From: Rubripirellula sp.
GTDB lineage: Bacteria; Planctomycetota; Planctomycetia; Pirellulales; Pirellulaceae
NCBI GenBank assembly: GCA_965216875.1
Contig: OZ244207.1
Span: 576,001 to 640,000 of the forward strand
DNA: 64,000 nucleotides
Direction: 5' to 3'
The notes beneath the pieces are model-generated. The model saw only the letters and a program-made list of their open reading frames with translations. It was not told the origin of the DNA and searched no databases. A program made the position numbers and the translations under genes. Shown here piece by piece: positions 50,472 to 57,330 of this stretch; positions within the stretch are counted from its first letter, which is position 1, and every line of letters begins with the position of its first letter.

Positions 50472-50790
50472 CTACAGTTCGTCTGCTTCGACCTCGCGGA
50501 CGAAGCGGTTGGTGTCGGACTCTAGGAAGCTGCTGACGACGTTGAACACGGCGTCGCTGAAGCCTCCGATGTTCAGGATGTCCTGGCGATCGGGGCTTGC
50601 GTGTTGCCGTATGGGGCGATGTCGATGCAGACCAACTTCGGATCAGCGATGCCGTGTCCGCGCTGAGTCTTCTTGAACTTGTCCCACTCGGTCATGACGC
50701 CAGTTGAACCGCCTCGGCCGAACCCGTAAGCACGTCCCGAGTTGATCCTGCTTTCGTTGTCGCTGACCAGGACGAGTTCCGCAAACGCAC
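50472..50790 (-). pseudogene. rsr: Ro60/TROVE (Rsr) C-terminal vWA fragment, truncated and frameshifted
   Basis: LVSDNES...GVMTEW..F...[32 protein letters not shown]. Confidence 0.8.
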
Positions 50791-50804
50791 GCGAATGTCA
50801 CAGG

Positions 50805-50890
50805 GTCCGGCCCCGTATCTAGGTTTCCTGAGAAGGGGGCCGGCCGGGAGTCGAACCTGGTTAGCCATGTACTCCACTCCGGCAGTCGAA
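50805..50890 (-). ncRNA. Truncated YrlA-like Y RNA
   Basis: Same UCGACUGCCG...GGAGUACAUG start plus T-arm; 3' part lost where it joins the rsr fragment. Confidence 0.6.
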
Positions 50891-50928
50891 TGTGTTCGGT
50901 TAATGGTTGTGATGCAGTTCGAAAAAAA

Positions 50929-51074
50929 CGCGATCGACGAAGGTATGACCAGAGACTTTACGGTGCTCTGCCACTGAGCTACGGCCCGGCTATGGAAAGC
51001 AGTTGGGCCGGTGGGACTCGAACCCACGACACCCGGCTCCTGAAGCATGTACTCCGAATCGGCAGTCGATCGTG
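50929..51074 (-). ncRNA. yrlA: YrlA-like Y RNA (permuted tRNA mimic)
   Basis: Terminal stem CGAUCGAC/GUCGAUCG; T-arm (GGUUCGAGUCCC) precedes a loop-closed acceptor stem and D-arm (UAGCUCAGUGGCAGAGC); no anticodon. Confidence 0.8.
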
Positions 51075-51082
51075 TGCGATTG

Positions 51083-51448
51083 TTATTTTCGTTTCTTCTT
51101 CAAAGTCTTCCGCAACCGTTTCCACACCACGTGACCACTTTCCGGGTCAAGCCGGACGAGTTGGTTCTGGCGAGTGTCGAAGGTTTTGGTGCCGCCTTTC
51201 GGTCGCTTGGTGTAAACGAACGGCAGGCATACGGCGACGACTTTGAAAGGTTGACCCGCGTCACTGGGCATGTAACGGATCCGAACCGGCTCGTCCGCTG
51301 GAAGTGTGCTGCCAGAGCAGCTCCAGAGGAACGAAGGCAATTCGACGATCTCGTTCAAGACCGTGACGTAGTCTCCTTGTTTGATGTCTTCTCCGGCGAC
51401 TCGTGCTGCCACGGTCGTCTGGTAGTTGGTTTCAGTTGTAGTTTCCAT
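51083..51448 (-). CDS. Small hypothetical protein within the Y RNA cluster
   Basis: 121 aa ORF, basic C-terminus, co-oriented with the array. Confidence 0.7.
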   Translation of the reverse strand: METTTETNYQTTVAARVAGEDIKQGDYVTVLNEIVELPSFLWSCSGSTLPADEPVRIRYMPSDAGQPFKVVAVCLPFVYTKRPKGGTKTFDTRQNQLVRLDPESGHVVWKRLRKTLKKKRK

Positions 51449-51708
51449 GGTTTCATATCGCTTGATGAAAGTAAGTTTTGAGTGTGCAAAGATTCCTCGA
51501 CGGACGCTCGATTACTCGGCGCCCGTGTTCGTAATGACGAAGAAATGAAATTGCACACGCATGGTTACTCTCACGAGCGATATGAAAAACGGCTGACGAA
51601 GCGTATAGAAGTTTGAAGTGGGAAGTTCGAAATTTGAAACGGACTGCCATCCCTTTCTTCACACTTCACCATTCACTTTTGGAACTTCTCTCGTTGCCGT
51701 GTTTTGTA

Positions 51709-51929
51709 AAAGCCCGACGAAGTGGTCGTCGAGATCGCTGTTCACTGCCATCACTCGCGTGAGTGGAAGCAAACGCCGCTCTTACCGATCGCTTTCACGA
51801 TTGGCAGTGGGCACACACGATTGCATCTACGAGAGATGGAAACCGTGCTCACTACCTTCGGTTGCCCGAAGGATCGCTACCTTAGGACCGTCATAGTTAC
51901 GATGTAATCCCAACAGGCAGTCGAGCTTT
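51709..51929 (-). ncRNA. Y-like RNA carrying a 23S rRNA helix 69/70 copy
   Basis: Terminal stem AAAGCUCGAC/GUCGGGCUUU, GACUGC..GGAUUACAUC module, internal CGUAACUAUGACGGUCCUAAGGUAGCGA. Confidence 0.7.
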
Positions 51930-51941
51930 GTGCTGGTTTGC

Positions 51942-52014
51942 GACGGATCGACGAGGTAACAGCTCAGATGGGACACATTTTCAAGATGTAATCCGAGCCT
52001 GCAGTCGATTCGTC
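51942..52014 (-). ncRNA. Minimal Y-like RNA
   Basis: GACGAAUCGACUGC...GGAUUACAUC...UACCUCGUCGAUCCGUC, shared module only. Confidence 0.6.
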
Positions 52015-52016
52015 AG

Positions 52017-52087
52017 AAACGCTGGTGGGAGTCGAACCCACTTAGACCGGGTTGCAGCCGGTTGCCTGGCCATCTGGCTCCAGCGTG
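52017..52087 (-). tRNA. tRNA-Cys(GCA)
   Basis: Loop CT-GCA-AC. Confidence 0.8.
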
Positions 52088-52095
52088 TTCTCAAG

Positions 52096-52167
52096 CGTCC
52101 TCGCCAGGAATCGAACCTGGTCTTCGACCTTCGCAGAGTCGCGTGCTGTCCGGCACACTCCGAGAAC
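52096..52167 (-). tRNA. tRNA-Arg(GCG)
   Basis: Loop CT-GCG-AA. Confidence 0.75.
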
Positions 52168-52192
52168 ATGGATGGCTAATCAAAGAGCCGAG

Positions 52193-52264
52193 TAACCCGC
52201 CCAGGAATCGAACCTGGTCCGACAGTTTCGAAGACTGTCATGCTATCCAGCACACCCGCGAGTC
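52193..52264 (-). tRNA. tRNA-Arg(TCG)
   Basis: Loop CT-TCG-AA. Confidence 0.8.
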
Positions 52265-52289
52265 ATGTTGATTGTTAGTTAGTCACAAG

Positions 52290-52363
52290 AGCCGACGACT
52301 GGGTTTGCACCAGCATGAGCCGCTTTACAAAAGCGGTGCCTTTCTGCATCGAGCCACGTCGGC
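52290..52363 (-). tRNA. tRNA-Thr(TGT)
   Basis: Loop TT-TGT-AA. Confidence 0.75.
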
Positions 52364-52380
52364 ATGGGTTGCTGCATCAG

Positions 52381-52452
52381 TAGCCCGACCAGGAATCGAA
52401 TCCGGAACTTCTGGTTAGAAGCCAGAGATGATGTCCGTTTCACCATCGAGCC
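52381..52452 (-). tRNA. tRNA-Arg(TCT)
   Basis: Loop CT-TCT-AA. Confidence 0.75.
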
Positions 52453-52465
52453 GTTTGCAAGCAAG

Positions 52466-52551
52466 CGGAAGGCGAGGGAGTCGAACCCTCATCACCCGAA
52501 GGTGGCACGCGTTAGCAGTGCGGCCCGGCAAACCGTATCCGGCTGCCTTCC
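52466..52551 (-). tRNA. tRNA-Ser(GCT)
   Basis: Loop CT-GCT-AA, long variable arm. Confidence 0.85.
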
Positions 52552-52563
52552 GAAATCGTTGAG

Positions 52564-52636
52564 TGGACCGGAAGGGAATCGAACCCTTCTCACCGATCTT
52601 GCAAGGATCAGTCGCCCCCTTGGAACATGCCAGCCC
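52564..52636 (-). tRNA. tRNA-Ala(TGC)
   Basis: G3-U70, loop CT-TGC-AA. Confidence 0.8.
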
Positions 52637-52647
52637 ATTTCACTCAG

Positions 52648-52718
52648 AGGTCCGTCCGGGAATTGAACCCGGTCTTCGTCCATACCACAGACGCGTGCTG
52701 CCGCAACACTTACAGACC
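52648..52718 (-). tRNA. tRNA-Thr(GGT)
   Basis: Loop GT-GGT-AT. Confidence 0.75.
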
Positions 52719-52729
52719 ATTCGTTTCAG

Positions 52730-52802
52730 TGATCGCGGATGGAATCGAACCATCGATCTCCTGCATGTCACGCAGGCGTCTTCGCCGCTGGACCACGCGA
52801 CC
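52730..52802 (-). tRNA. tRNA-Val(GAC)
   Basis: Loop GT-GAC-AT. Confidence 0.8.
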
Positions 52803-52816
52803 GTAGTCTTGATGAG

Positions 52817-52892
52817 TAGTCGAGATAGGAGTCGAACCTACAAAATCACAAGCCTCTCGTGCTTGCCGCTATGCCTGTTTGCGTACTCGACC
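52817..52892 (-). tRNA. tRNA-Leu(GAG), short variable arm
   Basis: Loop AC-GAG-AG (atypical positions 32/33). Confidence 0.6.
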
Positions 52893-52899
52893 GAGAAAG

Positions 52900-52968
52900 T
52901 AGCGGATCCGGGGGTCGCACCCGACGGTCCTGGCTTATGAGGCATGGCTGAGCACTGGCCCATCCGCG
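52900..52968 (-). tRNA. tRNA-Met(CAT), atypical, initiator-like acceptor
   Basis: Loop CT-CAT-AA; 5' CGCGG. Confidence 0.55.
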
Positions 52969-53033
52969 TTGTGTTAGCTTGTTAGCAATTAGCCTGTTAG
53001 CGACTAGCTTTCTATTTCTATTGGGGCACACTC

Positions 53034-53384
53034 ATGCGAGATCACAAAAATCTTCGAGCGTTCGAACTGGCCGACGAAGTTGCTTTGCTCACTTACAAGT
53101 TCACGCGGAGTTTTCCGCGTGAAGAACAATTCGGGTTGACATCCCAAATGCGTCGAGCTGCCGTATCAGTTCCATCGAATATCGTCGAAGGCTGTGGTCG
53201 TCACACGGAAGCGGAGTTCCTCCGATTTCTCGACGTTGCATACGGTTCACTCAGGGAACTTGAGTACCAAACCTCGCTTGCAGTTCGCTTGGAATTCGTC
53301 TCGAACCACGGGGATTTCACTGCCAAGCTAACTGAAGCCTCCAAAGTCCTAGGCTCACTGATCCGCTCCATCCGAAAAAGCTAA
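53034..53384 (+). CDS. Four helix bundle protein (23S rRNA IVP / bAvd-like family)
   Basis: FPREEQFGLTSQMRRAAVSVPSNIVEG. Confidence 0.95.
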   Translation: MRDHKNLRAFELADEVALLTYKFTRSFPREEQFGLTSQMRRAAVSVPSNIVEGCGRHTEAEFLRFLDVAYGSLRELEYQTSLAVRLEFVSNHGDFTAKLTEASKVLGSLIRSIRKS

Positions 53385-53419
53385 TTGCTAACTCGCTAGC
53401 TGCTAATCGGCTAGCTCAG

Positions 53420-53488
53420 TTGCAGGTCTCGGTATCGAGCCGAGCACACCGACCTCATGAAAGTCAGTTGGACACCTGTCGCACCTGC
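53420..53488 (-). tRNA. tRNA-Met(CAT), atypical
   Basis: Loop TT-CAT-GA. Confidence 0.55.
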
Positions 53489-53498
53489 AATGTTGAAG

Positions 53499-53582
53499 TA
53501 GCCAAGGCGAGGGTTGAACTCGCACGCCACGATGGGCACGACATTCTGAGTGTCGCGTGTCTACCGGTTCCACCACTTGGCT
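53499..53582 (-). tRNA. tRNA-Leu(CAG)
   Basis: Loop CT-CAG-AA, long variable arm. Confidence 0.85.
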
Positions 53583-53597
53583 GTGTTTGAATCGAAG

Positions 53598-53671
53598 TAC
53601 TGCGGGAGGGAGTCGAACCCTCAAACACGATCGTTTGAAATTCGCCGCTTTGCCGGTTTGCGTACCACAGC
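53598..53671 (-). tRNA. tRNA-Leu(CAA), short variable arm
   Basis: Loop TT-CAA-AC, weak anticodon stem. Confidence 0.6.
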
Positions 53672-53683
53672 ATGTTGATTGAG

Positions 53684-53755
53684 TACTGAGGGCGGGAGTC
53701 GAACCCGCAAGCACTTGTTCCTAAGACAAGCGGCTCGCCGTTGGCCTACCTCAGC
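53684..53755 (-). tRNA. tRNA-Leu(TAG), short variable arm
   Basis: Loop CT-TAG-GA. Confidence 0.7.
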
Positions 53756-53767
53756 GTTTGCGAAAAG

Positions 53768-53838
53768 TGGAGCACCGGGGAATCGAACCCCGATTTTCTA
53801 CGTGCAAAACAGACGTCTTCCCGTTGGACGAGCGCCCC
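53768..53838 (-). tRNA. tRNA-Ala(TGC)
   Basis: G3-U70, loop TT-TGC-AC. Confidence 0.8.
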
Positions 53839-53863
53839 ATATCGTTTCGTTAACGTTGCAAAA

Positions 53864-53938
53864 GTGCCCAGAGCAGGAATCGAACCTGCAAACATCCGGG
53901 TTTAAGCCGGACCGCTCTGCCGATTGGCGTATCTAGGC
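53864..53938 (-). tRNA. tRNA-Leu(TAA), short variable arm
   Basis: Loop CT-TAA-AC. Confidence 0.75.
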
Positions 53939-54002
53939 GTCGTGTGTTGGCCGCCGTGGGAAGAACGCGATTGCTCACGCCCTTCCTTTGGCTGCCAACG
54001 TG

Positions 54003-54262
54003 TTATGCTCGGAGTCGCGGCGTGCTGTCGCCCGTTGACTTGCGGTGGTTTCGGATTGCCTTGCGGTAGTTCGGAACACTGTCGCCTTCGACGATCACGT
54101 CGCCGACCGTTTCGACAACCCAGCCATCGACCCAGCGGTCGTCGCTATCTTTCAGCTTCAGTATTTCGCGAATTGCGTCGGGATATACGAAGTTGTGACG
54201 ACGCTAGCACCAGCGACGATGCGTCTCATCGCACATTGCGCGTACTTCACGTTTCTGGTCAT
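54003..54262 (-). pseudogene. Frameshifted homolog of the 15897-16163 protein
   Basis: MTRNVKYAQCAMRR...TSYIPTQFAK, then a 10-nt deletion relative to copy A; resumes LKLKDSDDRWVDGWVVE. Confidence 0.75.
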
Positions 54263-54314
54263 CGTCGTCTCCTTGTCAGTTGGTAAGAATAATCATTGTT
54301 TGCGAAGGTCGAAG

Positions 54315-54386
54315 TAGTCCAGGATGGAATCGAACCATCTTTTCCTGTTTGTAAGACAGGCGTCGTAGCCGTTGGACCACAGGACT
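54315..54386 (-). tRNA. tRNA-Val(TAC)
   Basis: Loop CT-TAC-AA. Confidence 0.85.
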
Positions 54387-54409
54387 TTTTCAAAATGTCG
54401 ATCCGGAGA

Positions 54410-54481
54410 GCACGTCCCCAAGGATTTGAAACCTGACTAACTGGTTTGGAATCAGCAGTGCTACCGTTACACCAGAGACGT
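54410..54481 (-). tRNA. tRNA-Trp(CCA)
   Basis: Loop TT-CCA-AA. Confidence 0.75.
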
Positions 54482-54498
54482 GGATGTGTTTTCAAAAG

Positions 54499-54583
54499 TG
54501 GGAACGCAAGGAATCGCACCTCTCGCCGGCTACCACACAATTAGAGGCAGAAGGGTTACAACCTCCCGTGTGGAAACGCTCCC
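54499..54583 (-). tRNA. tRNA-Tyr(GTA), atypical
   Basis: Loop TT-GTA-AC, long variable region, reduced D-arm. Confidence 0.55.
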
Positions 54584-54601
54584 ATGTATCAATCGAACAA
54601 G

Positions 54602-54686
54602 CGGAAGCCGTGGGACTCGAACCCACAACGGTGATTAGCCGCAGCTGTTTTCAAGACAGTGTCCTCATCCGGCCGGGTGACTTCCG
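54602..54686 (-). tRNA. tRNA-Ser(TGA)
   Basis: Loop CT-TGA-AA, long variable arm. Confidence 0.85.
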
Positions 54687-54706
54687 TAGTGCGTCATCAA
54701 ACGCAG

Positions 54707-54781
54707 TGACGTGAGCGGGAAACGAACCCGCGGACTCCTGGATGAAAACCAGGCAATTCTGCCATCAGAATCTACCACGCC
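54707..54781 (-). tRNA. tRNA-Glu(TTC)
   Basis: Loop TT-TTC-AT. Confidence 0.75.
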
Positions 54782-54806
54782 GTTTGGTTGCTTCGATCGA
54801 AGCGAG

Positions 54807-54878
54807 TACCGCATAGGAGTTTCGATCTCCTTCCTGCTGCCTGAGAAGCAGCCGACCTAGCCAGTAGTCGAATGCGGC
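54807..54878 (-). tRNA. tRNA-Glu(CTC), atypical T-loop
   Basis: Loop TT-CTC-AG. Confidence 0.65.
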
Positions 54879-54892
54879 TTGTTTGCAAAAAG

Positions 54893-54965
54893 CGATGGCA
54901 ACGGGAGTCGAACCCGCAGCGACTTGATAGACAATCAAGCTTCCTTCCGAGAGGAACTTGCCACC
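54893..54965 (-). tRNA. tRNA-Asp(GTC)
   Basis: Loop TT-GTC-TA. Confidence 0.75.
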
Positions 54966-54980
54966 GAAAATGTTCGCGAG

Positions 54981-55058
54981 GGTGACTAACCGGAATTGAA
55001 CCGGCGACAAACTCATTCACAGTGAGTCTCTGGAAACCAACACCAGATCTAGCCACAG
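54981..55058 (-). tRNA. tRNA-His(GTG)
   Basis: Loop CT-GTG-AA. Confidence 0.75.
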
Positions 55059-55129
55059 TCGGGTATCAGTGAGTCGCACACTGTCCATGCGTGGTCCCAA
55101 ACCACACCGCTTACTCCAAGCTATACCCG
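55059..55129 (-). tRNA. tRNA-Pro(TGG), atypical T-loop
   Basis: Loop TT-TGG-GA. Confidence 0.65.
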
Positions 55130-55141
55130 AAACAAAAATAG

Positions 55142-55216
55142 CACCGGAGACTGGAATCGAACCAATGGACTCCTCGTTCAGAGCGAGGTGCAGCGACCAG
55201 CAACTGCTACTCCGGC
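55142..55216 (-). tRNA. tRNA-Gln(CTG)
   Basis: Loop CT-CTG-AA. Confidence 0.8.
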
Positions 55217-55238
55217 GTTTTAATCAAATCGTCAATAG

Positions 55239-55306
55239 CACTCCGTCCGGGAATTGAACCCGATCTGCGGGCTTCAAAGGCCCACGTCGCGACTACGCGC
55301 CGGAGA
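55239..55306 (-). tRNA. tRNA-Gln(TTG), short D-arm
   Basis: Loop CT-TTG-AA. Confidence 0.65.
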
Positions 55307-55324
55307 GAGTTTTCCCGATGAAAG

Positions 55325-55396
55325 AGTGTCCTGCGGGAGTCGAACCCGCCTATCTGAGTTGGAAGCCCAGCACCTTTGCCGCTCGGCCAAGGACAC
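55325..55396 (-). tRNA. tRNA-Gly(TCC)
   Basis: Loop CT-TCC-AA. Confidence 0.8.
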
Positions 55397-55481
55397 GATG
55401 GATGCGGAAGTTTGAAGGGCGAGGTGTGAAACGAAGCGAGCTATTCCACACTTCTGGCTTCACCCTTCAAACTTCGCGAAG

Positions 55482-55553
55482 CTCCGGCGGAAGGACTCGA
55501 ACCTTCACTCGTCTCCTTAACAGGGAGCCGCCTTACCATTGGGCCACACCGGA
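55482..55553 (-). tRNA. tRNA-Asn(GTT)
   Basis: Loop CT-GTT-AA. Confidence 0.85.
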
Positions 55554-55569
55554 TTGTTAACTCATCAAG

Positions 55570-55643
55570 TCAGGATGGCTGGATTTGAACCAGCGATCTC
55601 GTGTTTCCGGAACACGCGGAGTGCCAGACTTTCCCACATCCTG
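55570..55643 (-). tRNA. tRNA-Pro(CGG)
   Basis: Loop TC-CGG-AA; C1-G72/A73. Confidence 0.7.
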
Positions 55644-55651
55644 ATTTGCAA

Positions 55652-55722
55652 AGCGCCCAGTGGGAGTCGAACCCACACTTCCGCCATGGCAAGGCAGTAG
55701 GCTGCCACTACATCATGGGCGC
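55652..55722 (-). tRNA. tRNA-Gly(GCC)
   Basis: Loop TT-GCC-AT. Confidence 0.8.
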
Positions 55723-55742
55723 AGATTTGCATCACAACCAAA

Positions 55743-55754
55743 TTGTCAAAGATC
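55743..55754 (-). promoter_or_regulatory. boxA-like antitermination motif
   Basis: GATCTTTGACAA, identical to 18142-18153. Confidence 0.55.
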
Positions 55755-55834
55755 GGATCAGGCTTCAGGTGCCAGGCTTTAGACGTCAGGTTGTATTCCT
55801 GAAGTCTGACTCCTGATTGCTGAAGTCTGCTTTA

Positions 55835-55907
55835 GAGCACCGAGCCGGAATTGAACCCGCATCACCTCGTTACGACGGAGGTATCTTGCCGTTAGAAGAT
55901 CAGTGCT
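55835..55907 (-). tRNA. tRNA-Thr(CGT)
   Basis: Loop GT-CGT-AA. Confidence 0.7.
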
Positions 55908-56002
55908 GGAGTAGCGGATTAGCCTTTAGCTGTTTAGCTGATTAGGTTTCTTCTTTGTCTTTCCTAATCAGCTAACTCGCTAACAGCTAACCTGCTCTTT
56001 AG

Positions 56003-56075
56003 TGGGACCGGTGAGAATCGAACTCACATCGTTCGGTTTAAGAGACCGATGCATTACCTTGTCTGCCACAATCCC
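56003..56075 (-). tRNA. tRNA-Lys(CTT)
   Basis: Loop CT-CTT-AA. Confidence 0.8.
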
Positions 56076-56095
56076 ATGTGTTTTGTCTTGTCCGG

Positions 56096-56168
56096 TCGGC
56101 GCGGAAGGAATCGAACCTTCAACCCTCGTCTTATGAGGACGCCGCCCTTACCACTGAGCTGCACGCCG
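56096..56168 (-). tRNA. tRNA(CAT), Ile2 or Met
   Basis: Loop CT-CAT-AA; ortholog of Ile(TAT) at 18532. Confidence 0.75.
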
Positions 56169-56195
56169 GAGGCGCCAATGGCGCGGCGCCGTAAG

Positions 56196-56268
56196 TGGGG
56201 CCGGAGAGATTCGAACTCTCGCCGAACGGCTTAAAAGACCGTCATGCTGCCTGTTACACCACAACCCC
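56196..56268 (-). tRNA. tRNA-Lys(TTT), intact (empty attB)
   Basis: Loop CT-TTT-AA. Confidence 0.85.
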
Positions 56269-56332
56269 ATGATTGGTCGGGCGTAGGCGTTTCAATCGCA
56301 ATGCAAGAAGCATGTCGGTTTCTCTTTCGTGT

Positions 56333-56391
56333 TATCGAACTCAGCGCGACCCGCGTATCAGGCGGATTTGGGCGACCAGCCCTCGACTACC
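56333..56391 (-). pseudogene. tRNA-Ile(GAT) lacking its 3' acceptor strand
   Basis: Matches 30882-30953 only up to the T-loop. Confidence 0.7.
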
Positions 56392-56408
56392 GTGTTGTTG
56401 TAAAAAAG

Positions 56409-56509
56409 TCGGACACCTCGGAGTCGAACCGCCCGTCGCGGAGCGACCCACAAATGAACGCAGTCTCCTGCTCCCAAAGCAGGCGTGCTTCCATCTGCAC
56501 CTGTATCCG
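56409..56509 (-). tRNA. tRNA-Pro(TGG) with an insertion of about 30 nt before the T-loop
   Basis: Loop TT-TGG-GA; extra segment with a GGGUCGC/GCGAC hairpin. Confidence 0.5.
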
Positions 56510-56566
56510 ATGTTGTTTGTGGTGTTCGCTGCAGCCGATTCCGTCGGCGCATATCTTCTTTGTCAG

Positions 56567-56638
56567 TGGGCCGGGAGGCGCTCGAATCCTCGTCTGCGGT
56601 GCTTCAAACCGCCGCTAGACCGTCTCAGCTACCAGCCC
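56567..56638 (-). tRNA. tRNA-Phe(GAA), first gene of array B
   Basis: Loop TT-GAA-GC. Confidence 0.75.
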
Positions 56639-56743
56639 GCGTTAGCTTGTTAGCAGTTAGCTTGTTAGCGGTTAGCTTGTTAGCGGTTAGCCAGAAAGTG
56701 CTTTCCTAACTCGTTAATCGGCTAATGGCTAATCAGCTAAAAC

Positions 56744-56777
56744 AAAAGGCTCGATGCCTGCGTGACACCGAGCCTTC
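56744..56777 (-). terminator. Attenuator-type intrinsic terminator (array B)
   Basis: AAGGCUCGGUGUC/GGCAUCGAGCCUUUU then GUUUU. Confidence 0.75.
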
Positions 56778-56807
56778 ATGTAGAAAGCAGTTCGCTTGAT
56801 GCGAGTG

Positions 56808-56966
56808 TCACGTGAGCAATCTTGTGCCTAAGGAATACAGTGCCGGGATATTGCCAGGCTGGAACGTATTGGCGCTGCGCTCATTGTCGCTGGGCCAATC
56901 GCTACCGCCGAAGGCATTCCCTTCGTGTATCCGCTGGAGTCGATTTGATTGCTGTTTGGTAGACAT
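56808..56966 (-). CDS. Putative leader peptide, 52 aa (array B)
   Basis: MSTKQQSNRLQRIHEGNAFGGSDWPSDNERSANTFQPGNIPALYSLGTRLLT. Confidence 0.75.
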   Translation of the reverse strand: MSTKQQSNRLQRIHEGNAFGGSDWPSDNERSANTFQPGNIPALYSLGTRLLT

Positions 56967-57021
56967 CGAACTGAAAAGGCTCTTACTCGCTTCTCTGGGT
57001 GTGACTTGTGTTCGGGGTTAA

Positions 57022-57112
57022 TAGACGCTTTCGATTCCGAATGGTTCGCGAAAAGTCTCGTTTCTTGTGAACCTGTGCAAAACTAGATGCGTTTGCCAGC
57101 GAGATTATTTCA
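57022..57112 (-). promoter_or_regulatory. Tandem ECF-like promoters (array B)
   Basis: TGAAAT-N16-GCATCT and GCGAACC-N16-GTCTA. Confidence 0.65.
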
Positions 57113-57330
57113 TCGGCCTAGAAAAAACTTTGCCATGTTTTGCTCGAATGTCAAACGAATTCAGCGTCACTTCTGTACTCGGGTGATTCTCGAATTCTGA
57201 AAACTCTTAAACTACCGACATCAGGCATTCTTGGTTGCATGCTCTTCGCAGTAGCTTGCACATTGACGCTCCTCAGACAAGCAAATCCCTCATTCTGCTC
57301 GGTGCTCGATTCTGGAAACGCACGCAGCGG

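Larger units (their letters stand above)
52017..56638 (-). other. tRNA array B (about 39 tRNA-like genes, anticodons for all 20 amino acids)
   Basis: Counted by eye; all minus strand; no encoded CCA. Confidence 0.93.

Noticed and set aside
51709..51929. 23S rRNA gene or pseudogene
   Set aside because: Only 28 nt match, embedded in a Y-like stem; the flanks are not recognisably rRNA.
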